64,000 nucleotides of DNA from Giardia intestinalis (taxonomy: Eukaryota): the NCBI GenBank assembly GCA_000002435.2, contig CM018793.1. The stretch is one strand, 5' to 3'. The position numbers were made by a program, and so were the translations under genes. The notes below the pieces were generated by a model that was given only the letters and a program-made list of their open reading frames with translations, did no database searches and had not been told where the DNA came from. This document shows positions 21,601 to 31,331 of this stretch, one piece after another (within the stretch, counting starts at the first letter, position 1; the number at the start of each line of letters is the position of its first letter).

Positions 21601-22570
21601 TGCCGGTGCACGTGCTACAGCCGTCTATCGGTGGGTTGCAGTCCGTTTTCGGGACACACGTCTGCCCATTGTCTGACGGCTTGTGCGTGCTCTTGCAAGT
21701 GCAGATCCCTCCTACGTCGTCCGAGTTGGGGGGACATCCCGCTATGCAGCCCTTTCCGTTCGGCTGGACCTTCTGGTCGCCCGCCGTACAGCCCGTGCAG
21801 GTCTGTCCGTCACCCGTGCCGGTGCACGTGCTACAGCCGTCTATCGGTGGGTTGCAGTCCGTTTTCGGGACACACGTCTGCCCATTGTCTGACGGCTTGT
21901 GCGTGCTCTTGCAAGTGCAGATCCCTCCTACGTCGTCCGAGTTGGGGGGACATCCCGCTATGCAGCCCTTTCCGTTCGGCTGGACCTTCTGGTCGCCCGC
22001 CGTACAGCCCGTGCAGGTCTGTCCGTCACCCGTGCCGGTGCACGTGCTACAGCCGTCTATCGGTGGGTTGCAGTCCGTTTTCGGGACACACGTCTGCCCA
22101 TTGTCTGACGGCTTGTGCGTGCTCTTGCAAGTGCAGATCCCTCCTACGTCGTCCGAGTTGGGGGGACATCCCGCTATGCAGCCCTTTCCGTTCGGCTGGA
22201 CCTTCTGGTCGCCCGCCGTACAGCCCGTGCAGGTCTGTCCGTCACCCGTGCCGGTGCACGTGCTACAGCCGTCTATCGGTGGGTTGCAGTCCGTTTTCGG
22301 GACACACGTCTGCCCATTGTCTGACGGCTTGTGCGTGCTCTTGCAAGTGCAGATCCCTCCTACGTCGTCCGAGTTGGGGGGACATCCCGCTATGCAGCCC
22401 TTTCCGTTCGGCTGGACCTTCTGGTCGCCCGCCGTACAGCCCGTGCAGGTCTGTCCGTCACCCGTGCCGGTGCACGTGCTACAGCCGTCTATCGGTGGGT
22501 TGCAGTCCGTTGCCTTTGCCATGTTCTTTGCTAGCACTATCGTGCATATCAAAGGGATTACTGATAACAT
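15689..22570 (-). CDS. Variant-specific surface protein (VSP), long copy: same N- and C-termini as 12413-13030 but 31 identical 72-aa repeats (2293 aa)
   Basis: Same signal peptide, repeat unit, TM and CRGKA tail as the left copy. 2293 - 205 = 2088 aa = 29 x 72. The repeat is in frame (216 bp = 72 codons). Confidence 0.85.
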   Translation of the reverse strand: MLSVIPLICTIVLAKNMAKATDCNPPIDGCSTCTGTGDGQTCTGCTAGDQKVQPNGKGCIAGCPPNSDDVGGICTCKSTHKPSDNGQTCVPKTDCNPPIDGCSTCTGTGDGQTCTGCTAGDQKVQPNGKGCIAGCPPNSDDVGGICTCKSTHKPSDNGQTCVPKTDCNPPIDGCSTCTGTGDGQTCTGCTAGDQKVQPNGKGCIAGCPPNSDDVGGICTCKSTHKPSDNGQTCVPKTDCNPPIDGCSTCTGTGDGQTCTGCTAGDQKVQPNGKGCIAGCPPNSDDVGGICTCKSTHKPSDNGQTCVPKTDCNPPIDGCSTCTGTGDGQTCTGCTAGDQKVQPNGKGCIAGCPPNSDDVGGICTCKSTHKPSDNGQTCVPKTDCNPPIDGCSTCTGTGDGQTCTGCTAGDQKVQPNGKGCIAGCPPNSDDVGGICTCKSTHKPSDNGQTCVPKTDCNPPIDGCSTCTGTGDGQTCTGCTAGDQKVQPNGKGCIAGCPPNSDDVGGICTCKSTHKPSDNGQTCVPKTDCNPPIDGCSTCTGTGDGQTCTGCTAGDQKVQPNGKGCIAGCPPNSDDVGGICTCKSTHKPSDNGQTCVPKTDCNPPIDGCSTCTGTGDGQTCTGCTAGDQKVQPNGKGCIAGCPPNSDDVGGICTCKSTHKPSDNGQTCVPKTDCNPPIDGCSTCTGTGDGQTCTGCTAGDQKVQPNGKGCIAGCPPNSDDVGGICTCKSTHKPSDNGQTCVPKTDCNPPIDGCSTCTGTGDGQTCTGCTAGDQKVQPNGKGCIAGCPPNSDDVGGICTCKSTHKPSDNGQTCVPKTDCNPPIDGCSTCTGTGDGQTCTGCTAGDQKVQPNGKGCIAGCPPNSDDVGGICTCKSTHKPSDNGQTCVPKTDCNPPIDGCSTCTGTGDGQTCTGCTAGDQKVQPNGKGCIAGCPPNSDDVGGICTCKSTHKPSDNGQTCVPKTDCNPPIDGCSTCTGTGDGQTCTGCTAGDQKVQPNGKGCIAGCPPNSDDVGGICTCKSTHKPSDNGQTCVPKTDCNPPIDGCSTCTGTGDGQTCTGCTAGDQKVQPNGKGCIAGCPPNSDDVGGICTCKSTHKPSDNGQTCVPKTDCNPPIDGCSTCTGTGDGQTCTGCTAGDQKVQPNGKGCIAGCPPNSDDVGGICTCKSTHKPSDNGQTCVPKTDCNPPIDGCSTCTGTGDGQTCTGCTAGDQKVQPNGKGCIAGCPPNSDDVGGICTCKSTHKPSDNGQTCVPKTDCNPPIDGCSTCTGTGDGQTCTGCTAGDQKVQPNGKGCIAGCPPNSDDVGGICTCKSTHKPSDNGQTCVPKTDCNPPIDGCSTCTGTGDGQTCTGCTAGDQKVQPNGKGCIAGCPPNSDDVGGICTCKSTHKPSDNGQTCVPKTDCNPPIDGCSTCTGTGDGQTCTGCTAGDQKVQPNGKGCIAGCPPNSDDVGGICTCKSTHKPSDNGQTCVPKTDCNPPIDGCSTCTGTGDGQTCTGCTAGDQKVQPNGKGCIAGCPPNSDDVGGICTCKSTHKPSDNGQTCVPKTDCNPPIDGCSTCTGTGDGQTCTGCTAGDQKVQPNGKGCIAGCPPNSDDVGGICTCKSTHKPSDNGQTCVPKTDCNPPIDGCSTCTGTGDGQTCTGCTAGDQKVQPNGKGCIAGCPPNSDDVGGICTCKSTHKPSDNGQTCVPKTDCNPPIDGCSTCTGTGDGQTCTGCTAGDQKVQPNGKGCIAGCPPNSDDVGGICTCKSTHKPSDNGQTCVPKTDCNPPIDGCSTCTGTGDGQTCTGCTAGDQKVQPNGKGCIAGCPPNSDDVGGICTCKSTHKPSDNGQTCVPKTDCNPPIDGCSTCTGTGDGQTCTGCTAGDQKVQPNGKGCIAGCPPNSDDVGGICTCKSTHKPSDNGQTCVPKTDCNPPIDGCSTCTGTGDGQTCTGCTAGDQKVQPNGKGCIAGCPPNSDDVGGICTCKSTHKPSDNGQTCVPKTDCNPPIDGCSTCTGTGDGQTCTGCTAGDQKVQPNGKGCIAGCPPNSDDVGGICTCKSTHKPSDNGQTCVPKTDCNPPIDGCSTCTGTGDGQTCTGCTAGDQKVQPNGKGCIAGCPPNSDDVGGICTCKSTHKPSDNGQTCVPKTDCNPPIDGCSTCTGTGDGQTCTGCTAGDQKVQPNGKGCIAGCPPNSDDVGGICTCKSTHKPSDNGQTCVPKTDCNPPIDGCSTCTGTGDGQTCTGCTAGDQKVQPNGKGCIAGCPPNSDDVGGICTCKSTHKPSDNGQTCVPSNTNKSSGLSTGAIAGIAVAAVIVVGGLVGFLCWWFLCRGKA
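15815..22510 (-). repeat. Tandem repeat, 216-bp unit x 31 (6696 bp), apparently 100% identical copies (coding, inside right VSP)
   Basis: Sequence lines 1080 bp apart (16021, 17101, 18181, 19261, 20341, 21421) are letter-for-letter identical. Translation shows 31 identical units. Confidence 0.9.
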
Positions 22571-25500
22571 TAAAGTCTAGAACTCATGTTTAATTGCCAT
22601 TTTCCTTTAACCTAATCTCTGAACCAATCTAGTAACAATGAAGAAAACATAAAACTATTGATCTTATATAAGTCAGGTAAAGCAACGAAAGTGAAAACAA
22701 AGGTATGCTATGTCGAGAATGGCCTACTGCATAGGTCTGTCTTTGACCTAAAGGAGTAGAGTTGTTAACATAAAATTAAAAGCAAGTTATAATATTTTAT
22801 GGGATCCTTAACTAGTCGTTTGTATATAGCTTCATCAGTACTGCTCTTGTATTTGAGCTTCGCTTATCATGGGAGGGAATAAAACTCACACAATAGTATG
22901 CACATTAGCGCTAGGTGTAGATTTTTACAGTTTCCCCGTGGAATATAGTCAAAAACCTCCAAGCAAACATTTCGTGCCTCTTTCGAAAATAGAAACGGAA
23001 AGCTAAGAGTGCCACTACGCGACGCCGAGTTCCCGTCATGTTTTGCTTCTCAGTCGACACGGGTGGCCTTGCAACCTTACTTGTATCAACTATCCACTAA
23101 TCCCCTTGCCTACTGGGGGCTTTTCCTCCTCAGCATTTTCTGCATAGACTGGCATCCTCTTAATCCGATTAGTTGGTATTCTCGGCTGTACTCTAGTGTC
23201 GTTCTTCCTGATTAAGATGGGCTAGAACGCTCTGCTCACCGTAGGAGAGATGTGTCAAAAAAGAAATATAAGCCAAGACTGCGTCTAGTGCCTGTGATCA
23301 CCTTACGGTAGCGGATCAGGCTTCAGACAATTCGCATCGCCTGACGCATAGCTTTTGCTTTCTGTCTATAAATTGAACATGACTCAGTTCTATTTAATAG
23401 AATTACTGGCAGTAGGTAAAGTATTGTAATGAGTACTGAGCCAAAAAAGGTACAAATCTAAACAATCCATATTCGCAGATGCAAGATCTACCGGCCAAGA
23501 ACTCTAGTTACGTGCTTGTTAAGATTATGTGCAGCAAGTACACCATAAAGGTGTTTACATGATCCTTGAGCTTAGTACAAGTCGCTTTATGATGAGATTA
23601 GTGCAGGAAGAGATGTTTGTCACTGGGAGTACACTTGCCTGTGTTCTGTAAACACAATGAGGCGAGCTATGTGAAAGTACGTAGGCTCCACACAGACCTG
23701 TCATGGTATAATTACATGTCACTAAAACGTGAATTGTGCACCATCAGCCGGCAACAGAATCTGTGATACATAAGTGTTATAGCCTGGCGTGTCTCAAAAA
23801 AGATATAATCACTGCAATAATGCATTTCACAGACCAGAACAAGAGATAGACATCCCTGACTCTATAGAAAAGACAAGTCCTTGGAAGTTAGCTGAATTAC
23901 AGCTAATCTCCAATTCAAAAGCTCTAATGAATGATTACATCGACTTCGGTAGTAGACTCAATAGAGGATTATCAGGGCAAGGCTTCTACCCATTTGGCTG
24001 GGATGGCAGGGGTGATAACCAGAATTCAGTATTGGCTCAGAGTTTCCTAGTAGAGCTGATTCCATGGGGAAAGGCCAATATGAAGTAAGGTATTCCTATG
24101 AAGCAAGGTAATTGTACGTTGAATTGAAAAACATGCTTCTGAGGAAGCATCTCCAGGTAGCATAATTTCTAGAGCTTAGTATAGACAAACTTTACATTTT
24201 GACGTCTTAGCACTAGCATCACTACAAGACGTATGTCCCGGAGTCATGGACATTGCGAGGGTATCGGTCGCTGGGGTGATCTAGTAAGGCACCTATAAGT
24301 ACAATAGATTTTTATGTGGTAGAAGCGTTCAAGCCTCCAAGATCTTCGGAATAGACCTTCACAGGAACACGGATGAAAATAGGCCTCGATCCACTTTCTT
24401 ATTTTGCGAGACTATTCAAGCACTCGATCCTAACAAAGGATTACAAAAACATACAAGAGTTGGACTGCTATAAATCTCGGCACGTTAATACCCTTGTTCT
24501 TTTTATCCATGGCCCCTGTGCCTTGTTGTCTGACTTATGATATGGCACTGCAGGATTGCCATCACAATGTTAGACCTAGAAGTTTTTAGCAGTAAATCCC
24601 AGATACTACGATAGCATTGGAGTGCACAGAAGCATATAAAGCTTGCACTAGATGTGGTGATCTCTCGAGATAGTCCTGCAAGATCAACCGCGATGGTGGA
24701 AGCTGGTTACTGTTACATGAGTTAGTTGATGGGCATATATCGCTGCCAATGATAGAGTTAGCAACATGATATTCAGTAATCTTAAGAGCTACTAAATATA
24801 TATTACATATATGGTAAACATAAACCTCTTAAGATAGGCAACCGTTAGAATGATAATTTTGAGATAGATCTTCCCAGACTCAAAGATGAAACAGCATAGA
24901 TAGAGCCATAAGACAAGCCTGATGAAAAGCTCGAGGGATCTAATATGTAAAGCAACGTGGATGTATGGATCTGATAGCTCTTTTTCTTCTAGCAATAATA
25001 GAATTACAGACATCGAAAACTGGCTAAGGATTATCCATCGCTGCTAATGTGCTCACGAGATACCCCTGGGAATACCTGGAAATGGAGACTGAGGCCCATG
25101 TAAGGCAATAAAAAGGTTATGCATTCCAACAAGATCGCTAGTAACAAATATAGTGTACATCTTATATGTACGGTAGAACAGCAGATAGCATAGTGCTACT
25201 CCACCATGTCTCTTTGAAGCCTAAAGAATCAAAAGATAAAACTGATCCTCTCTCTAATTACTTAGGGATGCAACTCTTATGACCTTCGCAATCACAGCAG
25301 TAACATGCTTGCCTTATGTCTATTCCAGTTTGGTGTAATTCCCTCTGGATGTGTGGATACAGCTGTGGTCTAGGTTATTCCTTAAGTCACTTGGATCGGT
25401 TCGACAATCTAGGTATTCATCCATATCACCACGTTGTCAGCAAGCTTAACAACGTACTCTATCTTTGGGCCCATCTTTAGAGTTGTTGATGTTAGAGGAG

Positions 25501-28500
25501 GGACGAGATCGAAAAAAAGCCCCTGGTCCCTTCTATATGGTAGATTTTACTACATCGTGCTTGGTTATAATGTGTTATACTATATAATCGAGTAACTACA
25601 ACTCAAAAGGTATTAGTCATGCCTGGTGCACTTTTACGTTAACCTTATATGTGCGTTGGACTGCTCTTTGTATAGTTCTGAGAGTGCACAATGCATGCCT
25701 GATGAGTAGGCAATAGCATAAGTTGCAATATTATCTCAGTCTGACTACTCTGTGCTTAGTTCTTAAAGTCCTAGATGAAGTACGCACAGCTTACTCTACA
25801 GGGTATCTAGCCACGGAGCTGTTATTACTAAGCAAAAAGCAACAGGTAATAAAGGGCATAGAAGGAAGGTTGTCACACTCTTCCTACCAGAAATAGATAC
25901 TTTATCCTATGGAAACAACACCATGTAGCTAAATCAGAGATACCAGAGAACTATTGACCTAAGTTCCCTTCTAATACAAAGGTGCTGATTTCGATCTCAG
26001 TAACGTGTATGAACAGTTCAGATAGAAAATCCAATAAGGCTGCACTTCTTATGGTAAACCAGCAAGCTACCATTTTTAGGGTGTGCTAGAAAATCTATGC
26101 AGTGCCCTTTTATATGACATTAACGCACCTGGTGCATACCGCAAAGAATAATACATAACACTAGCGGAATTCAGGCTATCGACTGGCTTAAAACTGCAGC
26201 AAAGGGTTAGCTAATCACTGTGCACATTCATTTAAGATAGATAATGCTACGCTTCGATCGTAAGACCTGTTGATACTTTCTTTATAGTCCTTTCTTATGA
26301 GGTATGCCAGCTAGTCTACGCCCGTGTACTGGACCAGTGGATAGAAAATTGGCCTTTCCAGAGATGCAACTACCAAGACAGCTTGAAAAGTAGGGCCTAA
26401 AGGGCTATGCTTTTTGGTGTGACCCGCTGGGTCTTTAAACCCCCAATAAAGCCAAACTATTTTGTACTTGGCCTATAGAGCTGTTTTTCACTCTATGCCA
26501 TCGGCTGGAGAAAGATATTGCATGGTTCTGTAATTCTGCATTTCCTTAAATCGGTTTCCAATTCTATGATGGGTAGGTAATACTGGTTCAATTCTCTAAT
26601 TGGTGCACGTTTTTGTAAAGATATAACATGCCTTATGCACTGCCATTCTAATATTATTGATTCTTTGCACATCCTTGCTATAGGCCGTAAGATCTATGAA
26701 AGCAAGTGAGCCACTATGCTAGTGTACTATGGCACTAGCTTAAGATGATCGCCTCTGGGGTTGTTACAAAGCCTCTGGCATACTTCGTCTCTCAATTGCA
26801 CAAGTATCGTTTTTCAGAAGGCGTGGCACGGTCCAGGATACCTTAGACTATTATGCTATGTCACTTCCTAGAATAGCTTACAAGTGAGTACTACCTGAAA
26901 TAATATCGACCCAGTACGCTAATCTGGTGGTTGCAGGGAATTCTGGATGGGTTCTTCGACTATTGCAATCGAAAGTATGCCGGGGTACTTATTATTGGCA
27001 CGCTTACCTAGGCTGTCATATCTCATTCTCCGCCTATGAAGTCAGTTGCAGACATGCAAAATAGCAGCTTCTGTGCCTGACTATGGGCATTGTCAACTAT
27101 TCATCTTCGAGCCTTAAGCCCGCGGGTTCTAGCTTGCCTCGTGTGAAGTGCGGGTCTTTGTTTCCCAAACGCTATACGCTACGTGCACATGCGAAAGCTA
27201 CTATAGACCAGGCTGCTTAGTTATCCCAACATATTTGAATCTTTATCGAAAAGAGTAAATACTCTATGCAATTAGTTCTCCAGTTGCTTACTTTGTACGC
27301 GAGTAGCATAATGTCTTGATTTCGATAGGACCCACTTCTGATATACTGTAAGTGTTATACGCTAGGTGTGAAGAGCACAGAAAGGTAAATATATCAGATT
27401 TCTGGCTAGCTCGTTTAGCGTTAGGTGTATCGCAGATTCTACTAGAGGAATGGTATCACCGTAAATGTTTGCTCATTAATCTTGCTCCTGTAGTGACTCG
27501 TCTCTGCCCTGGACTAGCGACATTCGGGTTTTCAGCATGACATGTGCTACGATACTTTGTTAGCCAGTGACTTGCTCCGCCTTTCTGCATAAATTAGCAG
27601 CATCTACCAGACATCATAGCCTGCGCCTGTATCTATTTGCTGCTGACTGGCATCGTTTGCTCGATAAAGTTATTGACATAGTCTGTACATAGCTAGAGCA
27701 TGCATGCTTGAGCTTATCTCATCTAGCGACCTAGAAGCACAGGACATGCATTGCATGCAGATTAGCACAAGCTGTGTTGCCTTGCCATGTCTCATTAGAT
27801 GTCTTCCCTGACACAATAGTTGTAGAATTCATGGTTACATCGCCAAAGAAGAGACTGGACTGGGGCCGTCCGGGTAGATGAGCAGGCCATCATGGCTAGA
27901 GCTCGCTGTTCATCCCACTTTAGGAGATATCTTGATCAGTATGGACAGACCATGGCAGCTACCTGCTTCTTATGCTGTACGGGCGTATCTGGTGCAGACT
28001 CAGTGTGTGTTGACAAGTCTTTTCCGGATATGCAGGTATCGGTTTATCTACGCCCTTCCATAGGCTGTCCTTCTCTGACGTTTGTGCGTCGTTTGTACAG
28101 CGTCTAGCCGGATTCTGCCTGTTTCGTGGCAGACCCCACTAGAAACCAACAGCATCCCTGACTACAAAAGGTGCCTATCAGAGCTTGGCCTGCGGCCTGT
28201 TTGTTCCAACTCCGCGTCTTCCGCTCCTTCTGGTCCAACGAAATGCACGCCTGCTCCCCCGGAAGACAGCTGGACCGCGGCTGTGTGCAGGGTACGTTGC
28301 CGGGCCCGCTTCTGCCTTCAGCTGCAAAGGCCTGGACGGGCCCCCGCTCCAGGAGGGTCTGGGCCCATTCGGCCAGGTGGCCCCGCGTCCGCTAGGGGGT
28401 CGGCTTGGACTGTTACTCTAGTGAAGCTTCTTGCAAATAGGGTGTGTTCGCACTGGCACTACAGAGTAGCTATAGCCTTATATCGTTCTAGGTTGCTTGC

Positions 28501-28786
28501 TAAGCAGGCCTGTTTTAATTCCTCTGTACATAGATAGGAAATATGCCCTCTTACTGTACAACTGACTGTTTTTACCTATAAGAACGTGGCAACAAGCTCT
28601 TGATTCAAGTCGAAATCATATGGCTTTTGGGTAGCGTTGTAAACAGCCCCTTCAAAAAGGCACAGGCCACCACATCCATCTAAACCTTCCTCACTCAACT
28701 AAGGTGCTGTAAATTGCCATTACTTTGTAGTAAAAGTGGGGTCTCTGATATCCTTTGACAGAATTTCAAGTCTTAAATAAATCTTC

Positions 28787-29323
28787 ATGGTGTCTTTTCA
28801 TAGAAGAATGAATGCTGACGATCTGTTTTCTGTTACACACATCCAGAACGACCCCTTTACCGTCACTTTCAACCCACGATTCTACAATACTTACCTTTCC
28901 AGATTTGCAGAGCAATGCTATGTCTATTCCTCAGCAACCGGTGGGATCAAGGGCTACATGATTGCTAAGGACGAAGGATATGCCGAAAAGAATGAGTACC
29001 ACGTTCACATTAGTGCAGTGACTGTCGCACCAGAATATAGGCGCCAGGGCGTCTCCCGCTCTCTCATTGACCGCCTCGAAAACGACATTGGAAGAGCATT
29101 TAACTGCACCTTCTGCGATCTCTTCGTAAAGGCCACAAATTCCACCGCAATCTCCGTCTATCAGAATCTGAACTACGTTGTGTACCGGAGGATCAGGAAG
29201 TATTACGATAAAGAAGACGGACTCGATATGCGACACTCGCTATTCGCCGATCCCACACGTGTCAGTGAGCGCACACCAAAGGGCCAGGGGATCATAAATA
29301 AATGGATAGACTATCCTTTGTAA
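28787..29323 (+). CDS. NAA20: N-alpha-acetyltransferase 20, NatB catalytic subunit (GNAT fold)
   Basis: Collinear similarity to NAA20/Nat3. DDLFSVTHIQNDPFTVTF matches the NatB N-terminus. YHVHISAVTVAPEYRRQGVSRSLIDRLE matches the acetyl-CoA-binding core WHGHVTALSVAPEFRRLGLA. DLFVKATNSTAISVYQNLNYVVYR matches DLFVRVSNQVAVNMYKQLGYSVYR. Confidence 0.8.
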   Translation: MVSFHRRMNADDLFSVTHIQNDPFTVTFNPRFYNTYLSRFAEQCYVYSSATGGIKGYMIAKDEGYAEKNEYHVHISAVTVAPEYRRQGVSRSLIDRLENDIGRAFNCTFCDLFVKATNSTAISVYQNLNYVVYRRIRKYYDKEDGLDMRHSLFADPTRVSERTPKGQGIINKWIDYPL

Positions 29324-29403
29324 ACATTTATCCGATTGCCTTTTGAAAGCGATCTACCATTGCTCGCGTAAACTTACCCGAAAGAGTATAGTACGCAGTT
29401 ACT

Positions 29404-31233
29404 TCAGAGCCTACGCTTTAAGAGGTAGCTTGTGATCCGCGCTGCACCGCCCACGAAGAAGACTAGAAACGAGAGAGAACTGATCCAATTCGTAGCTTTG
29501 GTAAGCCCTGGTATCTTAATAATAGAAAGTATGGTGCCCAGAGATACGATGATGAGAGAGACGATGGTTGCATAGTAAGTTTGAACATACTTAAACTTTG
29601 CACGCTTCGTCCTAACCACAGGGAAAGATGCCATGAAAATGAAGACGACGTGGAAAAAGAGATGATAGAAATATGACACACAGGTGCTAACGATCCAGCT
29701 CCCAACTCCAACAGACCAAAAGACAATGTCAATAAGGACATCCGGCCTTTTTGGAATGTATATTTGATCGAACCCGTCATAGAATCGACGGATTATCTCG
29801 GTGGGAAACAGAAGCATGATACGTAGATGCCTCACCATTGCCAGCATCTCCTCGGGAGTGATTGTTTTCAAATGTGCAAAGTCGATATTCTCAACACTCC
29901 CATTGGTGATAAACATAAATGGGTCTTCCTCATCCACTAGCTCATTGTGCCGCAGCATCTCTGTATAATCCACGAGGCTCAAAATAAGATACACAAGACT
30001 CGCTGCACAGAGGCTATAAATCAGATGCCTAAGCCGTGAGGCCAGAAAGAGGAGGATTATGAGAGGCGGCTTGATAAGCAATTTGTAGAGAGTGTGAAAC
30101 GCAGAAAGCACTTTAAACAGCGCAGCAACAAGAACCCATACAACAAAGAACAAGACTCCAGTGGCAAGATAAGGCTCTTCCTTAAGCAAAACTTGTAAGA
30201 GGGGTGGTGCTGCAATAATCACCTTTCCAGAGGTGAGAGTATAGACTCTGTCGATGGATGTGTTGTCGTCGGACCAGAGTGCTGCACCAAGAACATGAAT
30301 TGTGTAAAGGATAAGATGCTTGGCCTTCTCAATTAGGGTCGCTGGAGGAGTAAACCCTGAGGGCTCTGCTCCCAAACCCGGTGCAGGGCTATTTGTGAAT
30401 TTGCTCGGTGGAAGCTTTTGGATTGTGCCGTAACGAGACGCCACAGACTCTTCGGGGGACTCGCGAATGGTGGACATACGCTGTGGGCTCCGCACAGACG
30501 AATGCTGACAAGCAGTTGGCGTGAGAAAGTCGTGGAGGCAGGAGCGATGGTGTCGCTGCCCACTATACCCACGGAGATGGCCGCTCTTGGTAATAGACGC
30601 TCGCTCATCATCTTCCGAAGCTACACTACTCTTTCTACGTGGAGAAAAAACCGGTTTCTTTGTCCTCTCGTGCCACTTCTGGCACGAGGCCGAGGTGCTT
30701 TCCTCAATGCGGCTGGAGACCGCACAGAAAAGTTCTGGGTCCAATTCAAAGCTGTAGCCTTCGTGATAGAAGTCCGAAGGAGCAAGTGACTCCTTGCGTG
30801 GACGTGTGGCCTTTGTAGGGGTGTTTAACTTGGTTGCGTTGCGGGACCCTTTCTCCGAGTAGACGACCTTGTAGGACGGCTCTGCACGCGATTTTGGCTT
30901 CCTGCACGGAGTTTCCTTAGCAGGGCAAGGCTTATCCTTTTTCTCATTAGCCCTTCCACGCCGAGAAGGACCCCTCTTTGTGCCCTTTTGCTGCTGGGAG
31001 CGTTCTTCTAGATCGCCTCGAGCCGCTGAACTATTGTCTGAAAAATCCCCAGAATAAGCGGCAATGTTGTCAAATAGCTGATAGTCGTCCAGGTCGTCTA
31101 TGCAGAAACCATCGTCGTCGCTTCGCTCGGCACCAGGGAGGAGCCCCTCCATTGGATCCATAATGGAGAAGAGCAGCGTGCTACGATTCCGGCGGCTTGC
31201 ATCGGTGCTATTTAAGGCCCACATACTCAACAA
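29404..31233 (-). CDS. Hypothetical polytopic membrane protein (609 aa): Ser/basic-rich N-terminal half, 5-7 predicted TM helices in C-terminal half
   Basis: Long ORF. C-terminal hydrophobic segments include GVLFFVVWVLVAALF, LIILLFLASRL, LVYLILSLV, WIVSTCVSYFYHLFFHVVFIFMA, IVSLIIVSLGTILSII and LSFLVFFVGGAA. No family recognised. Confidence 0.6.
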   Translation of the reverse strand: MLSMWALNSTDASRRNRSTLLFSIMDPMEGLLPGAERSDDDGFCIDDLDDYQLFDNIAAYSGDFSDNSSAARGDLEERSQQQKGTKRGPSRRGRANEKKDKPCPAKETPCRKPKSRAEPSYKVVYSEKGSRNATKLNTPTKATRPRKESLAPSDFYHEGYSFELDPELFCAVSSRIEESTSASCQKWHERTKKPVFSPRRKSSVASEDDERASITKSGHLRGYSGQRHHRSCLHDFLTPTACQHSSVRSPQRMSTIRESPEESVASRYGTIQKLPPSKFTNSPAPGLGAEPSGFTPPATLIEKAKHLILYTIHVLGAALWSDDNTSIDRVYTLTSGKVIIAAPPLLQVLLKEEPYLATGVLFFVVWVLVAALFKVLSAFHTLYKLLIKPPLIILLFLASRLRHLIYSLCAASLVYLILSLVDYTEMLRHNELVDEEDPFMFITNGSVENIDFAHLKTITPEEMLAMVRHLRIMLLFPTEIIRRFYDGFDQIYIPKRPDVLIDIVFWSVGVGSWIVSTCVSYFYHLFFHVVFIFMASFPVVRTKRAKFKYVQTYYATIVSLIIVSLGTILSIIKIPGLTKATNWISSLSFLVFFVGGAARITSYLLKRRL

Positions 31234-31331
31234 CGCAACGTGGTCTGCTGCAAATAAACTGCCGAAATTGGCATCCTAAGAAATTGCAAGTAAAAATTGC
31301 TAATAGCATATCTACTACTTGGTCATAAGAT

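Larger units (their letters stand above)
15207..28411. repeat. Right arm of inverted repeat; 13205 bp = left arm plus 29 extra 216-bp units
   Basis: Reverse complement of 6572-13512 except for a 6264-bp expansion (29 x 216) inside the VSP tandem array. Mirrored ORFs 27352-27540, 24792-25013, 23789-24088 and 23009-23215 have identical translations. Confidence 0.9.

Noticed and set aside
15815-22510. Could the regular 216-bp array be a CRISPR or satellite?
   Set aside because: Units are directly abutting with no spacers. The array is an in-frame coding repeat of a eukaryotic VSP gene.
15696-22593. Plus-strand ORFs of 2294 aa and 2192 aa, and thirty-one 69-aa ORFs (MRALASADPSYVV...)
   Set aside because: They are antisense to the VSP, whose signal peptide, CXXC repeats, TM and CRGKA tail identify the minus strand as coding. 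The 216-bp unit simply lacks stops in these frames, so the same ORF recurs every 216 bp.
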